Made by a program: the position numbers and the translations under genes. A stretch of 61,442 bases of DNA, counting the filler. It is 4 parts of 4 records of this genome, joined end to end, with 100 filler letters (N's around TTAATTAATTAA, not from the genome) between each part and the next. Parts side by side here need not be neighbours in the genome. Positions count along the whole stretch, not along the records: positions 19,000 to 41,786 come from DRR723986_20774; 3 more parts are not named here. One strand, 5' to 3'. The number at the start of each line of letters is the position of its first letter. Within the stretch, counting starts at the first letter, position 1. Below the pieces are notes generated by a model. The model was not told where the DNA came from, ran no database searches, and saw only the letters and a program-made list of their open reading frames with translations. Shown here one piece after another: positions 29,590-39,881 of this stretch.

Positions 29590-30360
29590 GTGGATCTGCA
29601 TCTTAAAGGAAAGAACGCCGTCATTCTTGGTGGCACACGCGGCATCGGCCGCGCCATCGCCGAAACGCTCGCAGGTGAAGGCGCGAATGTCGCTGTCTGC
29701 GCCCGGAATGAAAACCAGGTCGCCGAGACCGTCGAAGCGCTTCAGTCTAAAGGCGTGAAAGCAACCGGCGCTTCGGTGGACATCACGGATGAAGACGCTC
29801 TCAAATCGTGGATCCGAAAGGCCGGCGTCGAACTCGGCGGCATCGACATTCTGGTCTCCAATGCGGGTGCCATGGCGCAGGGCAATACGCCGGAAGCCTG
29901 GACGCAGAACTTCCAGCTCGACGTGCTGGGTGCCGTCAATGCGTTCAACGCGGCCGAGCCCTTCCTGGACAAGGCCGCCAAAGCACACGGCGACGCTGCC
30001 TTTGTTATCATCGCTTCTGTCTCTGCCGCGCAGGCAGACCGGGCAGACTCCTACGGCCCGATCAAGGCGTCACTCATTCACTTCGCCAAAGGCCTCGCCC
30101 GCGAGAACGCCGGTAAGCGCCTTCGCGTGAATGTCGTCTCGCCGGGCATGGTCTATTTCGAGGGCGGCATCTGGCACATGATCGAGACGAACCAGCCGGA
30201 ATTTTTCAAACAGGCCAATTCCCGCAACCCGACCGGTCGCTGCGCCACGCCGCAGGAGATCGCCAATGCAGCCGTATTCCTGGCCAGCCCCGCGTCTTCC
30301 TACACAACGGGTGTGAACCTCGTCGTGGATGGCGCAGTCTCAAATCGCGTGAATTTCTGA
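29590..30360 (+). CDS. Short-chain dehydrogenase/reductase
   Basis: GGTRGIG, SNAG, YGPIK, VNVVSPG. AGGAGG RBS and GTG start. Confidence 0.9.
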   Translation: MDLHLKGKNAVILGGTRGIGRAIAETLAGEGANVAVCARNENQVAETVEALQSKGVKATGASVDITDEDALKSWIRKAGVELGGIDILVSNAGAMAQGNTPEAWTQNFQLDVLGAVNAFNAAEPFLDKAAKAHGDAAFVIIASVSAAQADRADSYGPIKASLIHFAKGLARENAGKRLRVNVVSPGMVYFEGGIWHMIETNQPEFFKQANSRNPTGRCATPQEIANAAVFLASPASSYTTGVNLVVDGAVSNRVNF

Positions 30361-30379
30361 GCGTGCCGGCAGGCGGGCC

Positions 30380-31351
30380 TTACAGCCCGCCCAGCCAGTC
30401 TATCAGGTGACGGTTCACCTCTTCCGGACGCTCCTGCTGGGTCCAGTGGCCACAGCCCTCCAGCAGGTGGCATCCACGAAGGTCTGCCAGGTTCGGCTTC
30501 ATCGCCGCGACGACATCCCCTCGGAACATCTTCAGCACAAGGTCTTTCGTGCCGCCGATGAACAGCGACGGCTGCTGGATCACCGGATTGGCCGGGTGGT
30601 TCTTCAGGAACGCATAGTCGCGCGCATGATTGCGATACCGGTTCAGCGGCCCTCGGAAACCGGACTTGCGGAACTGGCTGTCATAATAGGCGACATCCTC
30701 CTCGCTCAGCCACGGAAGCGGCATCGGCGGTTCCGGCAGTCGGTGCAGCAGCGTGTCGCCATGCTTCTTGTCTGTTGGCCAGGTGCCATCCGGCGCATCG
30801 CCGGAAATCGCATAGTAGAACTGGCGGATGGTTGCCGCAGGATCGGCTTCCAGTTCTGCTTCCGGCGGGCCGACATCCTGGAAATAGACCTGGTAGAAGA
30901 ACAGGCCCCGCTCAGTGAACACCTTGTGCACCATGTCCAGGAACATGACGTCGCCCATCGGTGTGTAAGGCACGGATAACCCGGCAACCGCGCGGAACCT
31001 GTCTGTATGCAGACGGGCCGTGTTCCACGCAATCGGCGCGCCCCAGTCATGCCCTACGACGACAGCTTTCTCACCCGGTGACAAAGCCTCTGCCAGTCCG
31101 GCGATATCGCCCGTCAGGCTTTCAAGGTCATATGCCTCGATCGGCTCGGGACGTTCGGATTCGCCGTAGCCACGCACATCCGGCGCAGCGACCCGGTAGC
31201 CGGCCTCGCTGAGCGCCTTGATCTGGTGGCGCCAGGAATACCAGCTCTCCGGGAATCCGTGGACGAGCACGACAAGCGGCCCGTCCCCGGCGGTCGCCAC
31301 GCGCAGCGTGACGCCATTCGTCTTTACAAACTCGAAGTGCTGCTCACTCAC
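30380..31351 (-). CDS. Alpha/beta hydrolase, epoxide hydrolase family
   Basis: HGFPESWYSWRHQ, GHDWGA, FFYQVYFQ, GHWTQQE. Confidence 0.92.
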   Translation of the reverse strand: MSEQHFEFVKTNGVTLRVATAGDGPLVVLVHGFPESWYSWRHQIKALSEAGYRVAAPDVRGYGESERPEPIEAYDLESLTGDIAGLAEALSPGEKAVVVGHDWGAPIAWNTARLHTDRFRAVAGLSVPYTPMGDVMFLDMVHKVFTERGLFFYQVYFQDVGPPEAELEADPAATIRQFYYAISGDAPDGTWPTDKKHGDTLLHRLPEPPMPLPWLSEEDVAYYDSQFRKSGFRGPLNRYRNHARDYAFLKNHPANPVIQQPSLFIGGTKDLVLKMFRGDVVAAMKPNLADLRGCHLLEGCGHWTQQERPEEVNRHLIDWLGGL

Positions 31352-32268
31352 GAGCCGTCACCGCCAATCCATTTGAATTCCGGCTCATCCCACCACGGGA
31401 AGAAGCTCGGCATGCCGTCGGATACTTTCACCGGATAGGTCGGCTTGCGCTTCTCAAGGAAGCTCATCACGCCTTCACGAGCGTCTTCCGTCTTGCCGCG
31501 CGAGTAGATTGCAGCGGAATCCACGATGTGAGCCTCCATCGGGTGGCTTGCCCCCAGCATGCGCCACATCATGTGACGGGTCAGCGTCGTGGAGACTGCG
31601 GCCGTGTTGTCCGCGATCTCACGAGCCAGCTCTTTTGCTTTGTCCAGAAGCTCTGCCTGCGGATAGACAGCTTTCACGAAACCGGCGTCAAGGGCCTCCT
31701 GCGCAGGGAAGATCCGGCCGGTAAAGCACCAGTCGAGTGCCTGCTGAATACCAACGAGGCGCGGCAGGAACCAGGAAGACGCAGCCTCCGGGTTGATCCC
31801 CCGGCGATTGAACACGAAGCCGAAGCGGGCATTGTCGGATGCGAGGCGGATATCCATCGGCAACTGCATGGTCACGCCGATACCAACCGCCGCACCATTA
31901 ATGGCGCCGATCACAGGCTTCAGGCTGTTGAAGATGCGCAGCGTCACACGTCCGCCGCCATCACGCTGGATATCTTCGCTGGCGGTGCGGCCTGCCTCAC
32001 CGTCGCTGGATCGTTTGTCATAGTCGAACGTCTTGGCGCCGGAGGACAGGTCGGCCCCTGCGCAGAAGGCGCGGTCGCCATGCCCCGTCACGATGACGAC
32101 ACGGATGTCGTCGTCGGCGTCGGTGATGTCGAAGGCTTCGATCATCTCCTGCATCATCTTGCCAGTGAAGGCGTTCATCTTGTCCGGCCGGTGGAGGGTC
32201 AGGATGGCGATGCCATCTTCCTTCTCCAGCTTTATTTCCGTGAATTCCTTTAGCGCCGTTGCTGCCAT
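31348..32268 (-). CDS. Crotonase / enoyl-CoA hydratase family protein
   Basis: AFCAGADL, KPVIGAING, EGVMSFLEKR. Confidence 0.9.
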   Translation of the reverse strand: MAATALKEFTEIKLEKEDGIAILTLHRPDKMNAFTGKMMQEMIEAFDITDADDDIRVVIVTGHGDRAFCAGADLSSGAKTFDYDKRSSDGEAGRTASEDIQRDGGGRVTLRIFNSLKPVIGAINGAAVGIGVTMQLPMDIRLASDNARFGFVFNRRGINPEAASSWFLPRLVGIQQALDWCFTGRIFPAQEALDAGFVKAVYPQAELLDKAKELAREIADNTAAVSTTLTRHMMWRMLGASHPMEAHIVDSAAIYSRGKTEDAREGVMSFLEKRKPTYPVKVSDGMPSFFPWWDEPEFKWIGGDGS

Positions 32269-32474
32269 TGGCTTGCCTCCCTATTGCTTCGACGGCCAGT
32301 GAGGCGGGGTTCCGCAAGGTTCGTCAAGCGCCGAGAAAGGACAATCGACTCCCTCGCCTCGACCCGCGCCCGGCGATTGAGATCAATACCCGCCGCTACG
32401 CGTGCTTGACGCGCGGGGCCAACGGGCCGGATAGTTCATCAAAACCCCGACAGCCAGTACAGGACAGCCCCATA

Positions 32475-33782
32475 ATGCGACTCCTACCCGCCCTTACCGC
32501 GATTGCATTTGCTTCGGCCCTCACAGCACCCGCCATTGCCGAAACCACTTACCTGACGGCGGACCGCTTCGTAGATCCGGCGGCGGGAAAAACTATCCGG
32601 AATGCCGCCTTCATTATCACTGACGGCAAAGTGACGGCGAGAGGCACCAAATCCTCCCTGCGAGCACCTGAAGGGGCGGATGTCATCGAATTTGGTAGCG
32701 GCTCCACCCTCATGCCGGGCTTCATCGACATGCACGTTCACCTGACGGGCGATGCGGAAGACCCGCCCTATTACTCCCTCAGCTTCTCGGACGAACGCAT
32801 GGCCATAACCGGCGTGAAGAATGCGAAGCTCACGCTGCTCGCGGGTTTCACAACAGTGCGCAATGTCGGCGCAGAAAGTTATGGTGACGTGGCCCTGCGT
32901 GATGCGATCAATGAAGGCGACGTGCCCGGCCCGCGAATGTTTGTCTCCGGCCCGCCGGTCGGCATCGTCGGGGGGCACTGTTCGGACAACAACCTTCTGC
33001 CATCCGAATACGCCCTGTCCGGCGAGGGGGTCGCGACCGGCCCATGGGAATTCCGTGCGCAGGTTCGGGAAAACATCAAATACGGCGTCGACCTCATCAA
33101 GACCTGCTCTACCGGCGGCGTTTTCTCCAAGGGGACAGCCCTGGGCGCCGCGCAAGGCACGCTGGAAGAACTCACCGCCGCCGCAGAAGAGGCCCATGCA
33201 CGCGGCCTTAAAATTGCCAGCCACGCGCATGGCACGATCGGCATCAAGAATGCCATCCTTGCGGGCATCGACACGATCGAGCACGCCTCCATCCTCGACG
33301 ACGAAACGATCCAGCTCGCCAAGGACCGCGGCGTCTGGCTGTCCATGGACATCTACAATACCGAATACACACTCTCCGAAGGCGAGAAGAACGGCATCCT
33401 CCAGGAGTCACTCGACAAGGAGCGCGCCATCTCGAAAATCCAGCGCGACAGCTTCACCCGCGCCGTGAAGGCCGGCGTGAAAATGGTGTTCGGGTCGGAT
33501 GCCGGTATCTATCCGCACGGCCTCAACGGCAATCAGTTCTCGCGCATGGTCCAGTTCGGCATGACGCCGATGCAGGCCCTGCAGGCCGCAACCGTCAATG
33601 CTGCGGACGCGCTCGGCAAGACGGGGATTGTCGGATGTGTGGAAGCCGGCTGCTCAGGTGATTTCGTCGCCGTGATGGGCAATCCCCTTCAGGATATGTC
33701 GCTGTTGGCGGACGTCGACTTCGTCATGAAGGAAGGCGTCGTTTACAAATCAGACGGTAAACCGCAGGCGTCCGCTTTCTGA
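32475..33782 (+). CDS. Exported amidohydrolase (Xaa-Pro dipeptidase-like)
   Basis: Signal peptide; PGFIDMHVH, ASHAHG, TIEHA, FGSDAG. Confidence 0.9.
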   Translation: MRLLPALTAIAFASALTAPAIAETTYLTADRFVDPAAGKTIRNAAFIITDGKVTARGTKSSLRAPEGADVIEFGSGSTLMPGFIDMHVHLTGDAEDPPYYSLSFSDERMAITGVKNAKLTLLAGFTTVRNVGAESYGDVALRDAINEGDVPGPRMFVSGPPVGIVGGHCSDNNLLPSEYALSGEGVATGPWEFRAQVRENIKYGVDLIKTCSTGGVFSKGTALGAAQGTLEELTAAAEEAHARGLKIASHAHGTIGIKNAILAGIDTIEHASILDDETIQLAKDRGVWLSMDIYNTEYTLSEGEKNGILQESLDKERAISKIQRDSFTRAVKAGVKMVFGSDAGIYPHGLNGNQFSRMVQFGMTPMQALQAATVNAADALGKTGIVGCVEAGCSGDFVAVMGNPLQDMSLLADVDFVMKEGVVYKSDGKPQASAF

Positions 33783-33793
33783 GGCGACCACAC

Positions 33794-34723
33794 ATGGAGT
33801 TTCACGATTTCCCACCCGTCACGACCTATGCGGCACCCTTCTTCGTGCTGTCCGTCGCGCTGGAATGGTGGGGCGTAAAGACCGGGCGCTTCCACGGTCG
33901 GTATGAGACGAAGGACGCGTTCACCTCGCTCGCGATGGGCATCGGCAATGTCGTCGTGAATACGCTGACGGCGACAATCTTTTTCTGGCTGCTGATCGTT
34001 GCCTGGCCCTACCGGCTGTTAACCCTGCCCTATACCTGGTGGAGCTTTGCTGCCTGTTTCGTGCTCTACGACTTTATCTATTACTGGAAGCACCGTTTCG
34101 CCCACCGGGCGCGCTGGTGGTGGATGGAGCATGTCACCCACCATTCCTCGGAGCACTACAATCTGACGACCGCGTTGCGCCAGCCCTGGTTCGGCCCGTT
34201 TACCGGCCTCTACATCCTTGGCCTGCCCATGGTGATCCTCGGCTTCCACCCATACCTGATCGGCTTCGCCGCGGGCTGGAACCTGCTTTACCAATTCTGG
34301 ATCCATACAGAGGCCATCAGCAGAATGCCGAAATGGTTCGAGGCGGTGATGAACACACCGTCGCACCACCGGGTGCACCACGCGACGAACCCGCGCTATC
34401 TCGATACCAATTATGCCGGGGTCTTCATCATCTGGGACAAGATGTTCGGGACCTTTGTGCCGGAACTCGACGAAGACAAACCGGTCTATGGCATTGTGAA
34501 ACCGGTCGGCTCCTACAATCCCTTCACCGTTGCCTTCCACGAATTTTTCGCCCTGATACGCGACTGCTCCAGTGATGGCCTCCGCCCGGACAAATGGTTC
34601 GGCCGGTTCATCAATGCGCCGGGCTGGAACCCGGATGGCCACCACAACCGCTCCGTCGAGCTGAAACGCGACTTTGTCGCCGAACACCCCGACCAGGCCG
34701 GCAAGCAGGGACTGCCCAGATGA
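33794..34723 (+). CDS. Sterol desaturase / fatty-acid hydroxylase family (alkylglycerol monooxygenase-like)
   Basis: His boxes HRFAH, HVTHH, WIH and HHRVHH; TM segments. Confidence 0.9.
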   Translation: MEFHDFPPVTTYAAPFFVLSVALEWWGVKTGRFHGRYETKDAFTSLAMGIGNVVVNTLTATIFFWLLIVAWPYRLLTLPYTWWSFAACFVLYDFIYYWKHRFAHRARWWWMEHVTHHSSEHYNLTTALRQPWFGPFTGLYILGLPMVILGFHPYLIGFAAGWNLLYQFWIHTEAISRMPKWFEAVMNTPSHHRVHHATNPRYLDTNYAGVFIIWDKMFGTFVPELDEDKPVYGIVKPVGSYNPFTVAFHEFFALIRDCSSDGLRPDKWFGRFINAPGWNPDGHHNRSVELKRDFVAEHPDQAGKQGLPR

Positions 34724-35121
34724 ACGACACCGAAGCGCTGATCCATCGCTACTATGAAGCCTTCAACGCCAAGGACTGGGAAGGCATGCTCGCCTGCCTC
34801 ACTGAAGATGTTCGCCATGACGTGAATGAAGGCAGTGCCCGTGGCGGTCGGGACAAGTTCCGCGCCTTCCTCGCGCATATGGACACCTGCTACGACGAGA
34901 CGCTGACCGACATGGCAATCATGGTGTCCCGGAACGAACGGCGCGCGGCGGCCGAGTTCATCGTCAACGGCACCTACAAGACGACGGACGGCGACCTGCC
35001 GGCCGCTCGCGGCCAGACCTACCGCCTGCCGGCCGGGGCGTTCTTTGAAGTGGAGGATGGCTTCATCCGCCGCGTCACGACCTACTACAATCTCAATGAA
35101 TGGATCCGGCAGGTTTCGTGA
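34720..35121 (+). CDS. SnoaL/NTF2-like ketosteroid-isomerase-related protein
   Basis: RYYEAFNAKDWEGMLACL, IRRVTTYYN. ATGA overlap. Confidence 0.85.
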   Translation: MNDTEALIHRYYEAFNAKDWEGMLACLTEDVRHDVNEGSARGGRDKFRAFLAHMDTCYDETLTDMAIMVSRNERRAAAEFIVNGTYKTTDGDLPAARGQTYRLPAGAFFEVEDGFIRRVTTYYNLNEWIRQVS

Positions 35122-35702
35122 AGATCCGCCCGCTTTCCGGCGCGGATCTGGATGCGGCGCTGCCAGCGCTCGCCCGCCTGCGGATCGAGGTCTTTCGCGC
35201 GTATCCCTACCTCTATGAGGGCTCGCTCGCCTATGAGGAGAGCTATCTGCAGAAACTCGCACGTGCCAGGGAGACCTTCATCGTCGCGGCAGAAACCGGC
35301 GATGGCGAAATCGTCGGCTGCGCCACCGGGTCCGGCATGGACGACCAGCATGCCGAGTTCTCCCAGCCTTTGCTGGTGGCGGCCTATGACCTGCCGACAA
35401 CCTTCTATTTCGGCGAATCCGTCCTGTTGCCGGAATATCGTGGCAAGGGCATCGGCCACGCCTTCTTCGATGCCCGGGAAGCGCACGCCATCGCCCATGG
35501 CTACAAGCGCGCCTGCTTCTGCGCCGTAGAGCGCCCGGACGATCATCCGAAGCGCCCTGCCGGCTACACACCGCTGGATGCCTTCTGGCAGGCCCGTGGC
35601 TACCGGAAACTGCCCGGCGTGACCGCCCATTTCACCTGGCCCGAGATAGACGGCGGACCGGAGATCAATCACCCGATGGCCTACTGGCTGCGGCAGTTCT
35701 GA
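35118..35702 (+). CDS. GNAT family N-acetyltransferase
   Basis: LRIEVFRAYPYLY, ESVLLPEYRGKGIG. GTGA overlap. Confidence 0.88.
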   Translation: MKIRPLSGADLDAALPALARLRIEVFRAYPYLYEGSLAYEESYLQKLARARETFIVAAETGDGEIVGCATGSGMDDQHAEFSQPLLVAAYDLPTTFYFGESVLLPEYRGKGIGHAFFDAREAHAIAHGYKRACFCAVERPDDHPKRPAGYTPLDAFWQARGYRKLPGVTAHFTWPEIDGGPEINHPMAYWLRQF

Positions 35703-35815
35703 CGCTTTCCGCAACGTCTCCGGTGGACGCCACCGCCAGTGTGAGTATGGTCACTTCTGACTATTTCGAAGGGGCCGGGCACAGGCGCCCCCGGAATTCG
35801 TGAGGAGACCCAGGA

Positions 35816-37363
35816 ATGCATCCCCATCACCACGCAAAGACCAACCCCGACAAGCCCGCCTATATTATGGCCGGATCGGGTGAGGTCGTCACCTATGGCC
35901 AGCTCGAAGCGCGTTCCAACCAGATCGCGCATGCCCTGCGCGGCGCAGGCTGCAAGCCGGGCGACACGATCGCGCTCTTTGCTGAAAACTCGCCGCGGTT
36001 TTTCGAGGTCTGCTGGGCTGCCCAGCGGGCTGGGCTGTACTACGTCGCCATCTCGTCCCGCCTGACGGCGCCGGAAGTGGAATACATCCTGTCGGACTCC
36101 GGCGCGAAACTCTTCATCGCAGGCGCCTCCAAGCGCGCCGTGGCCGAAGAGGTGAAAGCCCTCACCGATCTTGGACACTACTGGTCCATCGATGGGCCGA
36201 TGCCGGGCTTCATGCCGCTGGAGCAGATCCGGGGCGAGTTCCCGGAAACGCCAATTGCCGACCAGACGGCAGGCACGGACATGCTTTACTCCTCCGGCAC
36301 CACCGGCCGCCCGAAGGGCATTCGTCCGGCGCTTGAGCCTGACACGCCGATCGACGACACGAACGTGCTTATCCAGATCCTGCAAGCCTTCTCCGGCGCG
36401 GGTCCGGACAGCGTCTACCTGTCGCCGGCTCCGCTCTACCATGCCGCCCCGCTGCGCTATTGCATGACCTTCATGAAGCTCGGCGCCACGCTGATCATCA
36501 TGGAAAAATTCGATGCGGAATCGCTGCTCGCCAATATCGAGAAGCACAAGGTCACCCATATCCAGATGGTGCCGACCATGTTCGTGAAGCTGCTCAAGCT
36601 GCCTGAAGAGGTCCGCAAGGAATACGACGTGTCCAGCCTGAAATGGGTGGTCCACGCGGCCGCGCCGTGCCCGGTTCCGGTGAAGGAACAGATGATCGAA
36701 TGGTGGGGCCCCATCATTGACGAATACTATGCCGGCTCCGAAGGCAACGGCATGACCTGGGCCAAGAGCCCGGAATGGATGACCCACAAGGGAACGGTCG
36801 GCAAGGCCGTCTATGGCAAGGTCCACATCTGCGACGAGGAAGGCAACGAAGTCCCGGTCGGCGAAGAAGGCCAAGTCTATTTCTCCGGCACCACACCGCC
36901 TAACTATCACAACTCTCCGGACAAGAACGAAGCCGCCCTCAACCCGAAGCACAAGGACTGGTCGTCCCTCGGCGATGTCGGCAAGCTGGATGAGGAAGGC
37001 TATCTCTACCTGACCGACCGCAAGGCGTTCATGATCATCTCGGGCGGCGTGAACATCTATCCGCAGGAAACCGAGAACGTCCTGATCACCCACCCGAAAG
37101 TGGCCGACGTTGCCGTGATCGGCGTGCCGGATGACGAATTCGGCGAGTCCGTGAAAGCCGTCGTCCAGCCCATGCCAGGCATTGCGCCCTCCGATGAACT
37201 TGTCGCTGAACTGATGGAATTCGCGCAGGCCAATCTGTCGAAACTCAAATGCCCGAAAAGCATCGACTTCGATCCGGAACTGCCCCGCCACCCGACCGGC
37301 AAGCTCTACAAACGCCTCATCCGCGACCGCTACTGGGGCAAGAAAGACAGCCGCATCGTCTGA
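35816..37363 (+). CDS. Acyl-CoA synthetase (AMP-binding)
   Basis: LYSSGTTGRPKG, EYYAGSE, GDVG, IISGGVNIYP, TGKLYK. Confidence 0.93.
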   Translation: MHPHHHAKTNPDKPAYIMAGSGEVVTYGQLEARSNQIAHALRGAGCKPGDTIALFAENSPRFFEVCWAAQRAGLYYVAISSRLTAPEVEYILSDSGAKLFIAGASKRAVAEEVKALTDLGHYWSIDGPMPGFMPLEQIRGEFPETPIADQTAGTDMLYSSGTTGRPKGIRPALEPDTPIDDTNVLIQILQAFSGAGPDSVYLSPAPLYHAAPLRYCMTFMKLGATLIIMEKFDAESLLANIEKHKVTHIQMVPTMFVKLLKLPEEVRKEYDVSSLKWVVHAAAPCPVPVKEQMIEWWGPIIDEYYAGSEGNGMTWAKSPEWMTHKGTVGKAVYGKVHICDEEGNEVPVGEEGQVYFSGTTPPNYHNSPDKNEAALNPKHKDWSSLGDVGKLDEEGYLYLTDRKAFMIISGGVNIYPQETENVLITHPKVADVAVIGVPDDEFGESVKAVVQPMPGIAPSDELVAELMEFAQANLSKLKCPKSIDFDPELPRHPTGKLYKRLIRDRYWGKKDSRIV

Positions 37364-37546
37364 TATGGAAACGGCCCGGGCGGGAATACACCCGGGCCGC
37401 CCATGACTCCATCCTGACCTCACTCGGCGCCCCATATGAATCATTATTGAGCGGCGTTCGCTTCGATACGTTTCACCCGGTAGCGACAAGCGTCAAATAC
37501 TGATCGGCCCACTGGCACGGGCACTCGACACACGTTACCAGATGCT

Positions 37547-38692
37547 ATGACCCAGATCCCGAACCAGCGCCACCTGTTCGACATCCCCGACGATGTCGCT
37601 TATTTCAACACCGCCACGATGGGGCCGATGACGAAGGCCGCGGTCGAGGCCGGGCAGAAAGGCCTCGCGCGAAAGCTCCATCCGTGGACCATTCCGGATA
37701 CGGAGTTCTTTGCCGATACCGAGCGCTTGCGCCCGCTGCTCGCGGAGCTGATCGGCGCGGACACAGACGGTATCGCCTTCTCACCCTCCGTCAGCTATTC
37801 GCTGGCTACGGCGGCGCGGAACCTGCCCCTGTCGAAGGGTCAGGAAATCCTGCTGCTGGAGGATCAGTTCCCGTCCAACGTCTACACCTGGCGCCAGCTG
37901 GCGAAGGAAACCGGCGCCACGATCCGCACCATCGGCGCACGCGGCAACGAAATCCTGTCGGATGCCCTGCTCGGCGCCATCGGGCCGCAGACTGGGCTCG
38001 TCGCTTGCGCGAATGTCCGCTGGACGGACGGGGCGGTCATGAACCTACCTGCCATTGGCAAGCGCTGCCGCGAGGTGGGCGCGGCCCTCGTGCTGGACCT
38101 GACGCAGAGCTGCGGCGCACTGGCCTTCGACGTGAAGGACGCGCAACCGGACTTCGTCGCCGTTGCCGCCTATAAGTGGCTGCTCGCGCCCTACGCCACC
38201 GGCTTTCTTTATGTCGCCCCGCAGCACCGGAACGGGACGCCGCTGGAGCAGAACTGGATTGCGCGAGAAGGCTCATCGAACTTCGCGCGCCTTATCGACT
38301 ACACTGACAATTACGGCCTCGGCGCCCAGCGCTTCGACATGGGCGAACGGTCCAACTTCGCGCTACTGCCGGCCTTCGAGTCGGCGATCCGGACGGTCCT
38401 CGACTGGGGGGTCGCCAACATCCAGGAAACGCTCGGCGCCCGGAATGCGGCGCTGGCCGGAAAACTGGAGGCGATCGGGCTCGACTGTCCGCCAGCAAGT
38501 GTCCGCGGCGCGCATTATCTCTGCCCGCACCTCCCGGACAGCGTGCCGGCCGACCTGACGGCCCGGCTGAAAGAGGACGGCATCCATGTCTCGCGACGGG
38601 GCGACCGGCTGCGCATCACCCAGCACCTCTTCACCAGCGACGGCGATGTGGAGCATTTTATCGCAAGGCTTGCGCATCATCTGAACGCCTGA
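37547..38692 (+). CDS. Class V PLP-dependent aminotransferase (cysteine desulfurase / isopenicillin N epimerase-like)
   Basis: YFNTATMGP, QFPSN, LDLTQS, AYKWLL. Confidence 0.88.
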   Translation: MTQIPNQRHLFDIPDDVAYFNTATMGPMTKAAVEAGQKGLARKLHPWTIPDTEFFADTERLRPLLAELIGADTDGIAFSPSVSYSLATAARNLPLSKGQEILLLEDQFPSNVYTWRQLAKETGATIRTIGARGNEILSDALLGAIGPQTGLVACANVRWTDGAVMNLPAIGKRCREVGAALVLDLTQSCGALAFDVKDAQPDFVAVAAYKWLLAPYATGFLYVAPQHRNGTPLEQNWIAREGSSNFARLIDYTDNYGLGAQRFDMGERSNFALLPAFESAIRTVLDWGVANIQETLGARNAALAGKLEAIGLDCPPASVRGAHYLCPHLPDSVPADLTARLKEDGIHVSRRGDRLRITQHLFTSDGDVEHFIARLAHHLNA

Positions 38693-38831
38693 GGTCACGC
38701 GATGATCCGGCATAGTCCGGTATGATCATGGCGTAATCGCCGGGCTCACGGGCGCAATTACCCTACCGTCAGGCTTGCCCCGGCCCGGCCGACGCGCCAA
38801 AACAGGCCAGCACAATTATTAGGAGGACTCC

Positions 38832-39287
38832 ATGGCTAACCCACGCGTCGTCGCCTTCGATGACCTTGAATCCATTGCAGGTCAGGAAGTCGGCGTGTCC
38901 GACTGGCACCTGATCGACCAGGACCGCGTCAACCTGTTCGCCGACGCGACCGGCGACCATCAGTGGATCCACGTCGACGTCGAGAAAGCCACCAAGGCCA
39001 TAGGCGGCCCCATCGCTCACGGCTTCCTCACCCTGTCCCTGCTGCCGATGCTGGGCGCCGAAGTGATGCGCGTGACCGGCACGACCCGCGGCATCAATTA
39101 CGGCTCCGATAAGGTGCGCTTCACGAACATGGTGCCGGTCGGCTCCAAGGTTCGCCTGCGCCAGAAATGCCTGTCGGTTGAGCCGAAGGCCGGCGGCAAG
39201 CAGATGAAAATGGAAGCCACCGTCGAGATCGAAGGCCAGGAACGCCCGGCCCTCGTCGCAGAGTCCATCACTGTCCTCTACGCGTAA
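38832..39287 (+). CDS. MaoC family dehydratase
   Basis: FADATGDHQWIH, PIAHGFLTLS, NYGSDKVRF. Confidence 0.92.
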   Translation: MANPRVVAFDDLESIAGQEVGVSDWHLIDQDRVNLFADATGDHQWIHVDVEKATKAIGGPIAHGFLTLSLLPMLGAEVMRVTGTTRGINYGSDKVRFTNMVPVGSKVRLRQKCLSVEPKAGGKQMKMEATVEIEGQERPALVAESITVLYA

Positions 39288-39311
39288 GACACTGAAGACG
39301 TGACACTTTTT

Positions 39312-39348
39312 CGGCCGCTCCGTCTTTCGGGGCGGCCGTTCTGCTTTT
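39312..39348 (+). terminator. Probable intrinsic terminator
   Basis: CGGCCGCTCCG/CGGGGCGGCCG stem with a T-rich tail. Confidence 0.55.
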
Positions 39349-39410
39349 GGCGCTGGTGAAAAACGCCGCAGCCTCGACTATATGACCCTACCCGGCTAAG
39401 GAGACCCCAC

Positions 39411-39812
39411 ATGACCCAGCGCATCGACCGTTCGGACCGCGAGTGGCGTGAACTACTGACCGAAGAGGAATATCGCGTCGGCGTGAAAGAAGGCACCGAA
39501 CGCGCCTTCACGCCCGGCAACTATAATGACGAAAAGCGCGCCGGCACGTATCACTGCAAAGGCTGTGACACCCCCCTCTGGTCGTCCGCGCATAAGTTCG
39601 ACTCCGGTACCGGCTGGCCAAGCTACTGGCAGCCGATCACGCCCGGCGCGGTGGCCACCAAGACCGACTTCAAGATGATCATCCCCCGCACCGAGTGCCA
39701 TTGCGCCACCTGCGGCCTGCACATGGGCCACGTCTTCAAGGACGGCCCGCCGCCGACCGGAGAACGCTGGTGCATCAATGGCGTCGTTCTGGACTTCCGT
39801 CCGGACGAATAG
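39411..39812 (+). CDS. msrB: Methionine-R-sulfoxide reductase
   Basis: GTERAF, KFDSGTGWPS, HMGHVFKDGP, RWCING; two CxxC Zn motifs. Confidence 0.95.
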   Translation: MTQRIDRSDREWRELLTEEEYRVGVKEGTERAFTPGNYNDEKRAGTYHCKGCDTPLWSSAHKFDSGTGWPSYWQPITPGAVATKTDFKMIIPRTECHCATCGLHMGHVFKDGPPPTGERWCINGVVLDFRPDE

Positions 39813-39881
39813 GTCTGGATAGGCCCATCCTCCGCTGCTCCATTCGCAACCAAGGCAGAACACTCTGGTTGGAGCAAGAAA

